Shown here in pieces: positions 38,124-50,300 of a DNA stretch of 64,000 bases. Location: the IMG/VR virus record IMGVR_UViG_3300003873_000005; one strand, written 5' to 3'. A program made the position numbers and the translations under genes. This DNA is from an uncultured virus (IMG/VR IMGVR_UViG_3300003873_000005). Lineage: Duplodnaviria > Heunggongvirae > Uroviricota > Caudoviricetes. The stretch's first letter is position 1. Each line of letters opens with the position of its first letter. The notes below the pieces were generated by a model. The model worked only from the letters and a program-made list of their open reading frames with translations, had not been told where the DNA came from and did no database searches.

Positions 38124-38207
38124 TTAATCCTTTGTTGTAAAAAATATACATAATGCTATGCCAAAAGCTATCCCAATAAGTATTGAAATTTCAAGTTCTA
38201 TGTACAT
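38124..38207 (-). CDS. 27-aa single-TM peptide (not in ORF track)
   Basis: MYIELEISILIGIAFGIALCIFFTTKD*; AAGGA RBS; fills the endolysin-spanin gap. Confidence 0.6.
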   Translation of the reverse strand: MYIELEISILIGIAFGIALCIFFTTKD

Positions 38208-38217
38208 TTATTTTCCT

Positions 38218-38859
38218 TTACCAAAATATATAATCACTATCAACTATTTTATAAAGCATACCATATTTATAAACTTTTATACTATATAAATAATTAATTT
38301 TACAAGCATTTATTATTTGCTCATTATTAAAAACTATATTTCTTCTCTTACAGTATCTATAAGCTAAACACCAAGGTATTTCTTTTAATCCTGTGGCTTC
38401 TCTTGCTTTTTTAATTTCTTTATTAACCAATGGACCACCATTATAACTTTGGTATGCAACCCAAAGGTGAGAAGAGTACGCCTGTTTTTTACAGTCTCTC
38501 ATAATCAAAGCTTGAGCTCTAATCTGGTTTTTAACACTTCCTACACTATATATTTTATATTTTTTTAAATAGTTTTTCCAAACTCTGAATGTTATCTGTG
38601 GTAATCCCTCACTACCTATCCCATCTTTACTAAGTATATTTCTACATCCACTTTCTTGTTGTATTTGCCCTATCCCAAACCAGTAAGGATAATCTATCCC
38701 AAATACTTCATAATGAGCTAACTTTTCCTGTTGAGAATATCTGATACATCTTGTAGAACTATATGCTCTTACGGCTAGAATTAAAGCTATAGTAATTAAA
38801 ATAAGTATAGACCTGTAAAATAATTTATTTACCTCTTTATCAGTCATTTCAACCTCCAA
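38218..38859 (-). CDS. endolysin, SLT-type lytic transglycosylase with an N-terminal hydrophobic segment
   Basis: QIQQES, GLPQI, SYNGG. Confidence 0.85.
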   Translation of the reverse strand: MEVEMTDKEVNKLFYRSILILITIALILAVRAYSSTRCIRYSQQEKLAHYEVFGIDYPYWFGIGQIQQESGCRNILSKDGIGSEGLPQITFRVWKNYLKKYKIYSVGSVKNQIRAQALIMRDCKKQAYSSHLWVAYQSYNGGPLVNKEIKKAREATGLKEIPWCLAYRYCKRRNIVFNNEQIINACKINYLYSIKVYKYGMLYKIVDSDYIFW

Positions 38860-39109
38860 AAGCGTAGCATAGTGGAACTACTATATAGAAACTGATTGCT
38901 ACTATAGTATTTGGTTTAAACTCGTTTGTCCAGTTAACCCTAGGAAATAAAATTTTTCTTGTTATATGTGCATGTAAAATTCCTGCACTAACAAGTAACA
39001 TTTTTAATAGTACTAATTGTAAAGGTGCTGCAAAAATTAAATATTCTTTAAAAACTAGCAATAAAACTATTGCTGTAAAAATACATAAATCAATTATTAT
39101 TCTTTTCAT
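38849..39109 (-). CDS. holin
   Basis: 86 aa with three hydrophobic segments, directly upstream of the endolysin. Confidence 0.75.
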   Translation of the reverse strand: MKRIIIDLCIFTAIVLLLVFKEYLIFAAPLQLVLLKMLLVSAGILHAHITRKILFPRVNWTNEFKPNTIVAISFYIVVPLCYAFGG

Positions 39110-39133
39110 CTAAATACCTTTTAAATATATTTA

Positions 39134-39147
39134 TTTATATACAAAGT
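39134..39147 (-). promoter_or_regulatory. promoter ACTT-N4-TATAAA for the lysis cassette
   Basis: Minus strand reads ACTT-tgta-TATAAA, 25 nt before the holin ATG. Confidence 0.55.
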
Positions 39148-39159
39148 AGAATAGTTTGG

Positions 39160-40029
39160 TTATCTAAATATTGTGATATTCTTAGTAAAAGATTTATCTT
39201 CTACAGTCACTTTTATATCAAAATTATTAGTGCCTTTATTAAGTATTTTTGTATATAAACTTTCAGAGTTTGGGTCTATAAAGCGCAAAGGTATATGGAT
39301 CCAAGGTCTAGAACAAGTAGTGCCATCTATATCTGGAACTATCATTGCACTTGCTGAAATAGGCTCATAAGTAAATTCTATTCTATCTTTATCTGTTTTT
39401 AAAGATACTATATCTCCAGTATTAGCTTTTATTTCTAATACTTTATCTATTGTAATTTGAGTAGTAAAACTTGTATGGTCAAAATAATTAAATCTAAAAG
39501 GCTTAATTTTTACTGGAATTATTTCAGTAGAGACATTTAAAGTTCTTCTATTAAATAAATCAATTTCATCGGGTAAATTCCATAGACCAGATACTTTTGA
39601 ACTATCAAATATTCCTGTGCTAAATATTTTTTGCCAAAGATACCCAGAGTCAAAGTAATAAGGATTAAAGAAAAATTTAGACTTAGTAGTACTACTCCAA
39701 TAAGGTATGTTATTAATATCAAGGTTTAAAAATTTACCTAAAGAACTTTTTACATAAACAACATTAGAATCAGAAAATATAACTTTATTAATGGCATTAG
39801 AATAAGATATAATAGTTCCTGAGTAAAGAATATCTAATATATTTTTGGTGTCAAGTTTTTGTTTATAGATAGTAAACTCTAGACCTAAAGTAGCTTTATT
39901 AGGGCTCACTATTTCTTGTAACTTATTATTAATATAAATAGCTATATTAGTTGAATTGCTATCTATACAGGCTATATTATAGGGTAATTTACTATTTGTT
40001 GAATTATAAATATGTGTATAAGTTAACAT
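39160..40029 (-). CDS. putative tail protein
   Basis: Position after the tail-tip genes. Confidence 0.55.
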   Translation of the reverse strand: MLTYTHIYNSTNSKLPYNIACIDSNSTNIAIYINNKLQEIVSPNKATLGLEFTIYKQKLDTKNILDILYSGTIISYSNAINKVIFSDSNVVYVKSSLGKFLNLDINNIPYWSSTTKSKFFFNPYYFDSGYLWQKIFSTGIFDSSKVSGLWNLPDEIDLFNRRTLNVSTEIIPVKIKPFRFNYFDHTSFTTQITIDKVLEIKANTGDIVSLKTDKDRIEFTYEPISASAMIVPDIDGTTCSRPWIHIPLRFIDPNSESLYTKILNKGTNNFDIKVTVEDKSFTKNITIFR

Positions 40030-40030
40030 T

Positions 40031-40696
40031 TTAATCTCTCAATACAATTAATGCTTCATAACTTAATATGTCTTTAGCCATGTTTATTGATGTTATTACT
40101 AAGTATAAATTCTTATCTGATAATTCTATAATAGATCCTTTTTTATAGTAAATAACTGATGAAAATGTAGCTTTTCCTCTTAAGTAGGCATACTTAAAAT
40201 GTTGCTTAAAAAAGCTTCTCATACCAGAGATATCTACAGTTAATCTAGTATCTAATGATTTATTCGCAGTATGCCCAAATGGTTTATACATGCTTATATC
40301 TCCTTGATAAGCTATATCTTTATAAGCATATAGCATATCGTCAATAAAATTTATTGGCCTAAATATAAAAGATTCTTTATTATTTATAGTAGTTAAACCA
40401 TTAAACACAGCAAAAGTATAAGTATACCCTGGATTTAGATCTGTTAGTTTTATTAAACTACTATCTGAGTCTAAAATTGGCTCTAGTGAATGTATACCTA
40501 AAAAGTACATAAACATAGCTTTTAAATCTTTAAAGACTAAATTCATACCCCAAGCTTCTTTAGTATCTATATTTTCTATAGTATTTCCAGTGCAAATAAG
40601 CGCTGGATAAGTATCTCCGAGTATATCTGTAGATTCAAATGACTCAAACTTCGACATAAATTTTGATCGAGTTATTGTTAAGCTTGAAATATTCAT
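40031..40696 (-). CDS. putative tail protein
   Basis: Coupled to the tail-tip gene. Confidence 0.55.
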   Translation of the reverse strand: MNISSLTITRSKFMSKFESFESTDILGDTYPALICTGNTIENIDTKEAWGMNLVFKDLKAMFMYFLGIHSLEPILDSDSSLIKLTDLNPGYTYTFAVFNGLTTINNKESFIFRPINFIDDMLYAYKDIAYQGDISMYKPFGHTANKSLDTRLTVDISGMRSFFKQHFKYAYLRGKATFSSVIYYKKGSIIELSDKNLYLVITSINMAKDILSYEALIVLRD

Positions 40697-42939
40697 AACT
40701 CCACCATATCCTCTGCCTCTATAAGAAACTCTATTTTTGGAGCTTTAAAACTTGTACCTAATGGAAAATCTATAAACTCCACTATTGATAAATTAGGATA
40801 ATTATTAGCTTCTGGTACAGATAAACCTTGAATTGTAGTTTTATTATTGGTCTCTATTGGCTGGACTGTGCCTAGTAAACTAGCTTTTAAATAATACTTT
40901 AGATCCTTTGATGTTATTATGCCATTAGAAATTAAACTAGCTGAATTAGTCAAACTAACAACTTCTTTTTTAATAAAAGTTTCTGGAGAATCTTTATCTA
41001 AATTTGGTAAAGTTAAATCTATAGAGTTTATATCTGTAGAACCAAATGAAATAATCTGTTCTACTGTATTTTGTAAGGGCCTATAGCCTTTAAACATGTA
41101 TAAGCCCATTTTTGGGCTTTCTATGTCAGTATCTTTAATTAGCTTAGTAAATAAACCAGAATATTTTGCTGCGTTATAGTTATGATATTTATTTATAGTG
41201 GGGCAATATGGTTGATTAGGTGTGCCGGGATAAATATACATCTCTAATTCTTTAAGATTACTATTATTAGACTCATCTGGAAACATCTTAAACTTTAATT
41301 TATACCTTGTACAACCTGAGTCTGATATCCCAGTTACAGAATTTCCTTTAGAATCGGTTATACTAGAAGTAGTATATAAAGCATTATTTATTTTTATACT
41401 GTGTATATGAGTTAGTTTACCAAAACCAAGAACATAAGCTATATTTGCAAAATAATATCGCCCAGAGTCTTTAAAACTTCCGCCTAGATTAACTTCATTT
41501 ATAGAGGCTGTTCCTAAGCCCAAGATAGTTTGTAAATTATTATATAAGGCACTAAGACTAACTAACTCAGGATTACCAGTTGTTTTATAAAATGTATCTA
41601 AATCAGCATTACTTATAGGAATTACTAGCTTATCAATAAAAGTTAACACAGATTCAAATAAAACTTCAGCTTCAATAGCTTTATCAATAAGTGCTTGTAA
41701 AGCTGTATCTGTAGTAGTATTTTTAGTTAGCCCTTGCCAAAAACTTTTACTTAAGTCATATATTCTATAAATTAGCTCTTTTTGCTTTAATAAAGCTGCT
41801 ACCTGTGGTCCACTGCTCTGCGTATAAAGCTCGTGAATTTTAGTTAGTATAATACTACTCAAGTTATATCTTTCAAATATAAAATTTGTAGCCACTTCTT
41901 TAGTTAAAGAATTAAAAGAATCTACAGTTGTTGAGTTTACTACTGGAACATAAGAAAAACAATTTAAAAATTTTAAACTTATATCAAATTTATTTTGTAT
42001 TTCAATATAAGCATTTGTAGTTCTATATGTTTTCATATAAGTAGCAGCTATGTCTAAATCTGCATAATGCTGAAAATGTACCCAATCCTCATCTATAGTA
42101 ACATAATTATTTATTACCTGAATAATATTAGTATTTAATTTATCTACTTCAATATTTAAAGTATTTTTAGAAGGAGTTGTAGCATTTATAGATATTATAA
42201 GCTGTTTTATATACTTGTAATAATCTGTTGAACTATCAAGTGTATTTAAGCTATCGCTTATTGAAATAACTATATCATAAACAGCTAATAAATTGGCCAT
42301 ACTGTTGGTTGCTTTTTGAGCTAAGTCTAATAAATTATTATAGTTACCATTAGAACTAATTAAATTAGTAATAGTGTCACAACCAGTAAGTATAGTCTGA
42401 TATTGATTATTTAAATGAATCAAATAGTTTTTTAGATTATATAAGTATACTTCATATAAACAATCTGTAGTAGTACAATCAGAGGGACATTTAACAGGAA
42501 TTCCAGATATATAGCCTAAGTCATTTGCACATAGGTCTTCTGTAGTATCACTAGTGGGTAAATTAATACTACTTAGTATAACTAATGGTCTATCTTCTAG
42601 GCCTAAGTCTACTAAATTCATTAATGGTAACATAGGTTTAGCTGATACATCTAAGCATCTAAAACTAACTTGACCATAGTCATTCTTTTGTAACATTCTT
42701 ACAGCTGTATCTGACATGGCTATTGGCTTACCAGTAACAAAAGTTTTTCCATCAAGATATGGTAAAGTTACATTACTCACTAAGCCAGAATTAGTTAAAT
42801 TTAAAGCCTCAGCTGTATCTACTGAATAAGGTAAAAATCTAAGATTATTAAGAATACAAGTAGAATAATTTGCATCGCCTAAAGAACCTGTGCATAAATT
42901 TTCTGCATGGGTATATGATATTATTCTGCTAGTACTCAT
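40693..42939 (-). CDS. tail tip / baseplate-hub-like protein
   Basis: Position; YPGTPNQP and P.IEF motifs resemble tail-tip proteins. Confidence 0.55.
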   Translation of the reverse strand: MSTSRIISYTHAENLCTGSLGDANYSTCILNNLRFLPYSVDTAEALNLTNSGLVSNVTLPYLDGKTFVTGKPIAMSDTAVRMLQKNDYGQVSFRCLDVSAKPMLPLMNLVDLGLEDRPLVILSSINLPTSDTTEDLCANDLGYISGIPVKCPSDCTTTDCLYEVYLYNLKNYLIHLNNQYQTILTGCDTITNLISSNGNYNNLLDLAQKATNSMANLLAVYDIVISISDSLNTLDSSTDYYKYIKQLIISINATTPSKNTLNIEVDKLNTNIIQVINNYVTIDEDWVHFQHYADLDIAATYMKTYRTTNAYIEIQNKFDISLKFLNCFSYVPVVNSTTVDSFNSLTKEVATNFIFERYNLSSIILTKIHELYTQSSGPQVAALLKQKELIYRIYDLSKSFWQGLTKNTTTDTALQALIDKAIEAEVLFESVLTFIDKLVIPISNADLDTFYKTTGNPELVSLSALYNNLQTILGLGTASINEVNLGGSFKDSGRYYFANIAYVLGFGKLTHIHSIKINNALYTTSSITDSKGNSVTGISDSGCTRYKLKFKMFPDESNNSNLKELEMYIYPGTPNQPYCPTINKYHNYNAAKYSGLFTKLIKDTDIESPKMGLYMFKGYRPLQNTVEQIISFGSTDINSIDLTLPNLDKDSPETFIKKEVVSLTNSASLISNGIITSKDLKYYLKASLLGTVQPIETNNKTTIQGLSVPEANNYPNLSIVEFIDFPLGTSFKAPKIEFLIEAEDMVEL

Positions 42940-43805
42940 AACTCTACGCCTAATAAATAATTATCTGAATTACATTCTTTTTGAGGTGCTGTAAAATCCC
43001 CGCAGTAGGTTAAAGCCTCAGAAGTAAAGATATTATAATTTTTACTTGCTTTGCCTATAGAACTAAAACCATAGAAATTTTTTGTATTTTTAAATTTAGT
43101 ATGGCATCCTCCATAAGTTTTATCACAAGATATAATTAAGTCTAAATCAGTAATAATAGTACCATCTATATAATTTAAGTCTAAAACTATTTCTGTACTT
43201 GTTATTTCTAATATTCTTGATCTATAAATTTTATTTAGCCTAATATAAGCAAGCTCTATATTTTTTAGCCTATTAAAAACAGGCTTTGCTGTAATATCTA
43301 CTGAGACCTCACTAAGGACTAATTGATTATAGGTTAAAGTATAGGGTATTGTACCAGTAAGTGTGTTTATTTTTACAGCATCAAAATGTAAAGAATAATC
43401 TTCTGAATTAAGCCCACAAATTTCAGAGTAAACTTGTAACTGACAAATATTCTCTACTTTTGGTAAAAAAGGCTGCTTTAAGTATAAACTAGCCTTAGAT
43501 ACTATTGATAAAGTTATATCTTTATTTAATCTATAAACTACTTGTGTAACTATACCATCCAGTAATAAATTAAACTCATTATTTATATACACATAGATCT
43601 GTAGACTATAATTTTTAGTTAGATAAATTAGCTCATCTAATTTAGCTGCAGCTTGTTTAGGCAAGTCTATAGAAGCTATATCAGAGGCTAAGCCGGCTTT
43701 TAAACTTAGGCCACTCAGCTTTAAACTGCTAATAAATTGTACATCTGTGGTCTTGTTATGGTTTGCAAGTTTTAAACCATTAGCAAATAAAAGAGTTACT
43801 AGCAC
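42936..43805 (-). CDS. tail tip protein with BR0599/DUF2163-like Cys motif
   Basis: C...VYS..CGL and CDKT...C..KF.N..NF.GF. Confidence 0.8.
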   Translation of the reverse strand: MLVTLLFANGLKLANHNKTTDVQFISSLKLSGLSLKAGLASDIASIDLPKQAAAKLDELIYLTKNYSLQIYVYINNEFNLLLDGIVTQVVYRLNKDITLSIVSKASLYLKQPFLPKVENICQLQVYSEICGLNSEDYSLHFDAVKINTLTGTIPYTLTYNQLVLSEVSVDITAKPVFNRLKNIELAYIRLNKIYRSRILEITSTEIVLDLNYIDGTIITDLDLIISCDKTYGGCHTKFKNTKNFYGFSSIGKASKNYNIFTSEALTYCGDFTAPQKECNSDNYLLGVEL

Positions 43806-44352
43806 TTGACACTCCTATAGTATTAAACACTCTATCAATAGGTTGCATATACTCTTTAAAACTAGCTCTCATTGTTACTAAACCATTAGCTCTATGAGAG
43901 ACAGAAATAGAATTAAACATAAACTGTACTCTATGACTAAGCTTTATATTTCTTGGCATACTAAGCTGATTATTAATATTAAACTCTATGCCCTCATAGT
44001 TTATTATGCCTGAATTCTTTGAAAAATTTAAAGCTCTAAGGACATCAAATTTATGCTCACCATAAAACTTAGTTTCTTGCGGATAAACATAGGATAAAAT
44101 ATTGTCTGTTTCTTCATAGACTAAACTAAAACTTGGACCTACTTGAGTAATTAAAGATATAGATTCTTCATTTATTAACATGTTCTCTAAGTAATTCTTT
44201 AATTCGTGGTCTATTAAGCCAAAGTCTATTTCCCATAATACATAAGGAATAGAAACAAAATTGTCTAATTTTAGTCCATTTAAAACTACAGGACTACTGC
44301 CCAAATTAAGTACATATTTTAAATCGCTATATAAAAATGTATCTATTACCAT
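43780..44352 (-). CDS. distal tail protein (putative)
   Basis: Immediately downstream of the tape measure gene. Confidence 0.55.
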   Translation of the reverse strand: MVIDTFLYSDLKYVLNLGSSPVVLNGLKLDNFVSIPYVLWEIDFGLIDHELKNYLENMLINEESISLITQVGPSFSLVYEETDNILSYVYPQETKFYGEHKFDVLRALNFSKNSGIINYEGIEFNINNQLSMPRNIKLSHRVQFMFNSISVSHRANGLVTMRASFKEYMQPIDRVFNTIGVSSASNSFIC

Positions 44353-47300
44353 TTATAAGTACTCCTCAAAAACTCTTTTTACCCCGTCAGCTATAGCTGG
44401 CATATTTCTTTCTATACTAGTTAAAGAAGCATCTGGTGATACAGGTATAGTTATATTATAATTATTACCCACCGGAACTTCATTAAATATGTTACTATTA
44501 TGTATAACATTAGTATTCATACTTGGTATACTGAAACCTTTATTTTCATTTAAGCCATTAAAAAAATCTGCCCCTAGAGCTCTAACAGCCTCTTTTCTAA
44601 CTACTGCCTCTCCTGGTTCTAACATTGAAGGAATTATATCTCCTCCACCATAACCTGGTAATACAACTCCAGTAGCATGTTTATGAGTTGGTAACGGAGT
44701 ACTAAATATACTTTCTATGTAATTAAAAGCACTATTAAAGGCATTACCAAGAGTAGAACCCAAGCCTCTAACAGCACCACTTAAACTATAGCCATTTTGC
44801 TTAATTAAAAGGCTAGTTTGCCTACTAGACTGATTAATAGAATTATTAAAGTTTTTAAAGGCAAAAATAAAAGCCTTCTGTGGAAATAAAAAAGAACTTT
44901 TCATACGAGATGCAATACTACTAAATGTATTATTAAACTTATTAGACCCATTAGACATACTGTTATTTAATTTACTATAAGCTTCAGTTATTTTAGATGC
45001 TGCTGGACCAGTCTTTTCTGTAAATAAATGAACCCCAAGATTAAGTTCTTTTATCATTTCATTTGCTAAGGCTGTTTTAATCGTGCTTGTTTTAAAACCA
45101 TTATCTATAGCTTTTACCATCTCGTTAGCCGAATTAAAGCCTAATTTTTTAAATGCAGCTACAAGTTTTGGATTAGACTCCATTTTTTGAAATAAAGCAC
45201 TTATTTTTGTGGCTATTACCTTAGTCTTTGTATCTACACCTGCAAGTGCTTTAGTAATGCTAGTCTGTAATTTTTGCTTTAAAATAGTGGCATTAAACAT
45301 AGCCAACTCTATGCTTTGTTTATAAGAGGCGGCATACTTATGAGCTAATATCTTTGCATCAATATGCCACATTCTTAATGTATCTGATTGTTTCTTTTGA
45401 AAGGCAGCCATACCTTGTTTAAACTGTAAAGACATTACTTGAACCATTTCTGCAGTTTGTGCTTTTAAAGCTTCTTGAGCTTGCTGACGAGCTATTTCTA
45501 TCTCTGCTGCTTGCTGAGCTTTTCTACGAGCTGCAGCTGCTTCAGCTTGTGCTCCTGAGATAGAATTTTCCTTTGAGTCAAAAGAGAAAGTTCTAGAAAG
45601 TTGTGCTTTCATATCTACTGCTTTTCTAGTTATATCCTCCATTGAATCTGAATAAGCTTGATTAATTTTAGCTATAGAATTTCTAAATCTTATCTCGAGT
45701 TCTCCTAATTGTCTAGTTGCATCTTCATTTATCTTATCTAAACTTCTAGCAAAATTCCTGTTAAGGTCATCTAGTCTTTGTTGAGCTTGCCTATGAACAT
45801 CTTGCTCAGCTTGAACTCGTTTTCTAGATAGATCCTCCATTGCTTGTGAAAAATTTGTGGCTACATCTTGCTCAGCTTGAGTTAGTCTTCTTGCTGTATC
45901 CTCCATAGCTTGTTGAAATTTAGTATTTATATCCTCTAAGGCTCTTTTTTGGTCTAAATTTATTTTTTCAAGTTTTCTATTATAGCTCTCAGTCAAATCA
46001 GCTAAAATATACTGTTGTTTTGTAGCACTATCTTGTAATTGTTGAGTATATCTTATTCCAGAATCCCTTAGTTGTAAATCCAATTTTACCATTGATGTTT
46101 GTAAATCATATAATTTAGAACCCATATCACCTTTAGCACTTGTTACAGCTCCAACAGTAGATGTAGTTCTATATGAGCCATTAGCCATGCCATACAATAA
46201 TTTTACTATATCCTGAGTAGTTACCTGATTACCCACAGCTGCAGAAGCCGCTGTTACTTGCACACCAGGATTAGCTACTTGATTTTTTATATAATTTGGG
46301 TCTACTAGAGCTTTATTAACATCATAGCCATATCCAGATTGAGCTCTGTCTATGCCCATACTTGTTATAGCATCTATAAGTCTATTTGAATTTTTATTCA
46401 TATAATCTTTATAAGTTTTATTAAATATAGCACTATTAACATCTCCACCAGATGCTTTATAAGCAGTTTGATAAGCAGCTTTTACCAAGTCTTCTTTAGT
46501 TTTATTTATATTTATCCATTGTTTTATAGCTGTTGTATTTTCGGCTAATTTAGCTTTGTTAGCATCTAAAGCAAGTTGTAAATTAGAAAATTTATCTGCA
46601 ACCCCTAATAATGTGTCTGCATTTACTGTGATAGTTACTGGTTTATTCATACTTCTTTTAAAAAGCATATTTGTATCTGTTCTAGCTCTCCCTATTGCAT
46701 CTATAGTTCTTTGATAGTTTAAGTTAATTTGTTGTACCTGTCTAGCATAATTTTTAGTTGCATCAGTTATTGCATAATTTCGTGCCTTATTTAAATCAAC
46801 TACAGCCCTTTCAAAATGAATTCCAGCCTGTAAAATATTTCTATCCTTAGCTATTCCTATATTTTCAGTTTGACGACTATAGCCTACTTTTACTTTTTCT
46901 AGATTTCTAGACCTACTTATATTTACATCTTCAGATTGTCTTGTATAATTTATACTAATATCTTCTAGCCTTCTAGCTGTTTGTAGATTTAAATCAGCTA
47001 TGGCATATACCTTTTTCAGGTTTAGGTCTTGTATTGCATATTGTTTAGACCTACCTATGCTTGCCTGGTTTTCTACATCAGAAAGGTTCAAATTACGAAG
47101 ATTTCTAGACTTGCTTATACCCGCATCTCTTATAGCATGTTGAGTTTGTATAGCTAATGAGCCTAGATTAAAATTATATCTTCTACTTAGAGCTTCTTTC
47201 TGTTGTTCAACTTTTATACCTATAGACTCTAAGTTAAAAGAATAATTTCTATCCAATGCCTCCAATTTATGAGAAGCATTTAAATTTATCTGATTTGATT

Positions 47301-50300
47301 TAAAAGTGGTCTGTAATCTGTTTATATCTAAAGCGTTTTGGCGCCTTATACCTAAATTTTCTTTATAAATTTTTGCACTCAAAGCCATTTTTTCAGAGCT
47401 AGGAGCATTTGCATCTAAAGCAGCTTGTAAACCTTTTTTAAATTTATACTCAAAAGCACTACTGGCTTGATCTGCACCATGTATAAGAGTATTATTTTTA
47501 TTTAGGCCTATATCTTTAAATATAGCCATATTATTAACAAAACTATCTATACTTTTCATTACTTTTAAGTCTAGTTTTGATAATTCTAAAGCTTCATTCA
47601 TAGGAGTTTTTAAAGCATCAATAGTTCCTTTAAAACTACTTCCTAGATCTTCAGAAGATTTAACATTCGTGTTGACCTGATTTAGTCTAGTTAAGTCTAA
47701 ATTTTTATAGCTACTAGAAGTATCAGAACTACTAATAAATCTTCTAATTGCAGCTGAGCTTTTAAAAATTTTATCTAGTCCAGCTAACTTAACATCAGAA
47801 GCTTTATTCTTTATTTCTCTATAAGCATTTAAAGTTGACTTGGCTAAACTGTCAGTAAATTTATTTCCCTCTATACCTAATACTCTATTAAACTGAGTAA
47901 AAGATTGTTTCATTGCAGTATCTATCTTATCTAAGGGTTCTTTAACTGCTTTTCCAAAAGACTCTTTTAAATTAGATATATCTCCTAGATCTCCTAAGAA
48001 AGTTCTATACCCTGCCTGATCAGCTAAAACAGACTTAAGTCTCTTTCTGATATCTGATCTTTTTGAACTATATATATTTTGCTTATTATTTTCTGCAGCA
48101 GTATCTATCTGTTTTAATATTCCAGCAAGTAATTCTGAATTATTAGAAGTTAATACTGCAGCTACGGCCGTTTTATTTCTACCATCTATTATCTGTTTTT
48201 CCAAATTTTTCATGTCAGAATTTGTTTTAGGCCCGAAGCCAGTTTTATCTCTAAGAACTTTTAAATAAGCACTTGTTTCAGATCTCATAATATCTTGAGT
48301 ATTAGACTCTCCGTATAGAATAGGAGAAACCCTAGCAATTTCATCAAAAGGTTTATTAAAAGGATTAGATATAGCAACAGATCTATATTTAGCATCTGAG
48401 GTGACTTTAGTTATAACATCTTTAGAAGGTCTAGCGTATAGATCATTTGAAGTAATGCCTTTCAATACTCCTTTAGAATACTTTGTACGAGCTTCAACAA
48501 GTGTTTTTTGTACTAAAGCTATATTTTTTATTAACTGTTTTGCATTATTCTTATTATCAAGGGTTATATCAGAAGTAATCTTAACATTTGTTCCCATATA
48601 GCTATTTAAGTCAGTTAATTGTTTATTATACTGTACAGCTAAAGAGTAAGCGGTTTTAAGACTTAATAAGTTTTTATTTTCATTATCCTCTGTTATAGCT
48701 CTGTTTTTAGCTAATGCTTCTGTTAATTTACTGCCTACTAAGTTAGAAGTATCAATAGTCTTTAATATATTCAAAGACTTATCTTTCTTTATACTTTGGC
48801 TAGTTTTTTGTAGGTCTGACTGTAAACTTGCATAGCCTGAAGCTGTTATAGCAATGTCTTGAAATAGTTTTTTAGCACTAGTACCTACTATCTTTTTATT
48901 AGCCCACGCTTCTAATTTATCTATTCCTGAATTAACCCCTAAAGAATCTTGTATAACACTAGTTCCTAGTGCAGCAGCAGCACCGACAGCTAATGAAGTC
49001 CCTCCAGTAAATGGTGCTGCAGCAATTGAGCCTGCTATAAGCGGCGCAGCGGCTTTAGCTATACTTGCGCTTAAATCCACCGCTCCTACAGCTGTACTAC
49101 CAGTCTTATCTTTTTGTGCTAATGCATGTGGATAGGCCATTGCAGCCGTTACGCCTAAACCAAGTATACTTTTTTTAAAAACACTTTTTACAAGATTAGT
49201 GATCATGCTTTCCCCAGCTTCGCCTTCAACTCCGCTAAATAGATCACTTAGACTACTGCCTTTAGACCCAAAATTAGCCTTTAGTCTACTTGTCAAACTA
49301 GCTTTATGCTTCAAGCCATAATAGGCTGCAGCTGCAGCTAGGGCTGCTGAAGTTGTTAATCCTACACCCCCACTAGTGGCTACTTTAGGTATACCTAAAT
49401 TATCTATATACTGTTTACCCCCACCTGTAAATAAAGTTCTATCTCTAGACTTAGTATTTACCGTTAAAAACTTAAATAAACTTCCAGAAGTGCTTAATAA
49501 GCCTTCTGTACCTGTAAAAGCTTGAATTGCCCAAGAGTTAATCATATTTTTAAATCTATTTTTTGTAGAACTAAGTTGTACTGCATTAGCGTTTTCAGCT
49601 GCTTGTGTCCCTGTTATACTCTGTCTAAAAGGCTCAGCTTTATCAATTTGATTTGATACAGCAGCATAAGCTGTTCTTTCTCTTATCTCCATACCCTTAG
49701 TAGCATCTTTAAAGTTATAGCCGCTTTTCTTCATAAATTTAAATACGCCTATAACACCTTCATTATTAAATACTTTATTAAATTCTTGCAAAGAAATATC
49801 AGCGTCCTGTAAAGAACGTGTAAATTTCTTTGATGGTGCTATTATGTCTGAAAATAGCATCCTTTGACCAGTACCTAGAGTAGAGCCCCTTTTTATACCA
49901 GCATCTTTCATTAAGGCTGTTATGGTAACTACGTCTTTTAAAGGTATATTACCTTGGGCTGCTATGTTACCAGAATATTGCAAAGCTAAGCCAAGAGAAT
50001 TTATGTCTAGTTTTGATTTATTTACTGCAGCTGTAAACTCATTAGCTACACTAGCCGAATCTGAGTATGCTTTATTCCAAATTGTTAATGCAGAGGTCAT
50101 TGTTTGAGTAGAATCTTGTAAAGATGATCCTGTAGCTGTTGCTAATTTTACAACACCGCCTAAAGATGATTTAATATTAGTAGCTGAATAGCCTGCTTGA
50201 CCTAAAATAGTAGCTGCATCTGATATTTCTGAGGCTGAAAATTTAGTCGTTACAGCTACTTTTTCTACAGCCTTTGTAAGTACCCCCATTTCTCCTGTTG

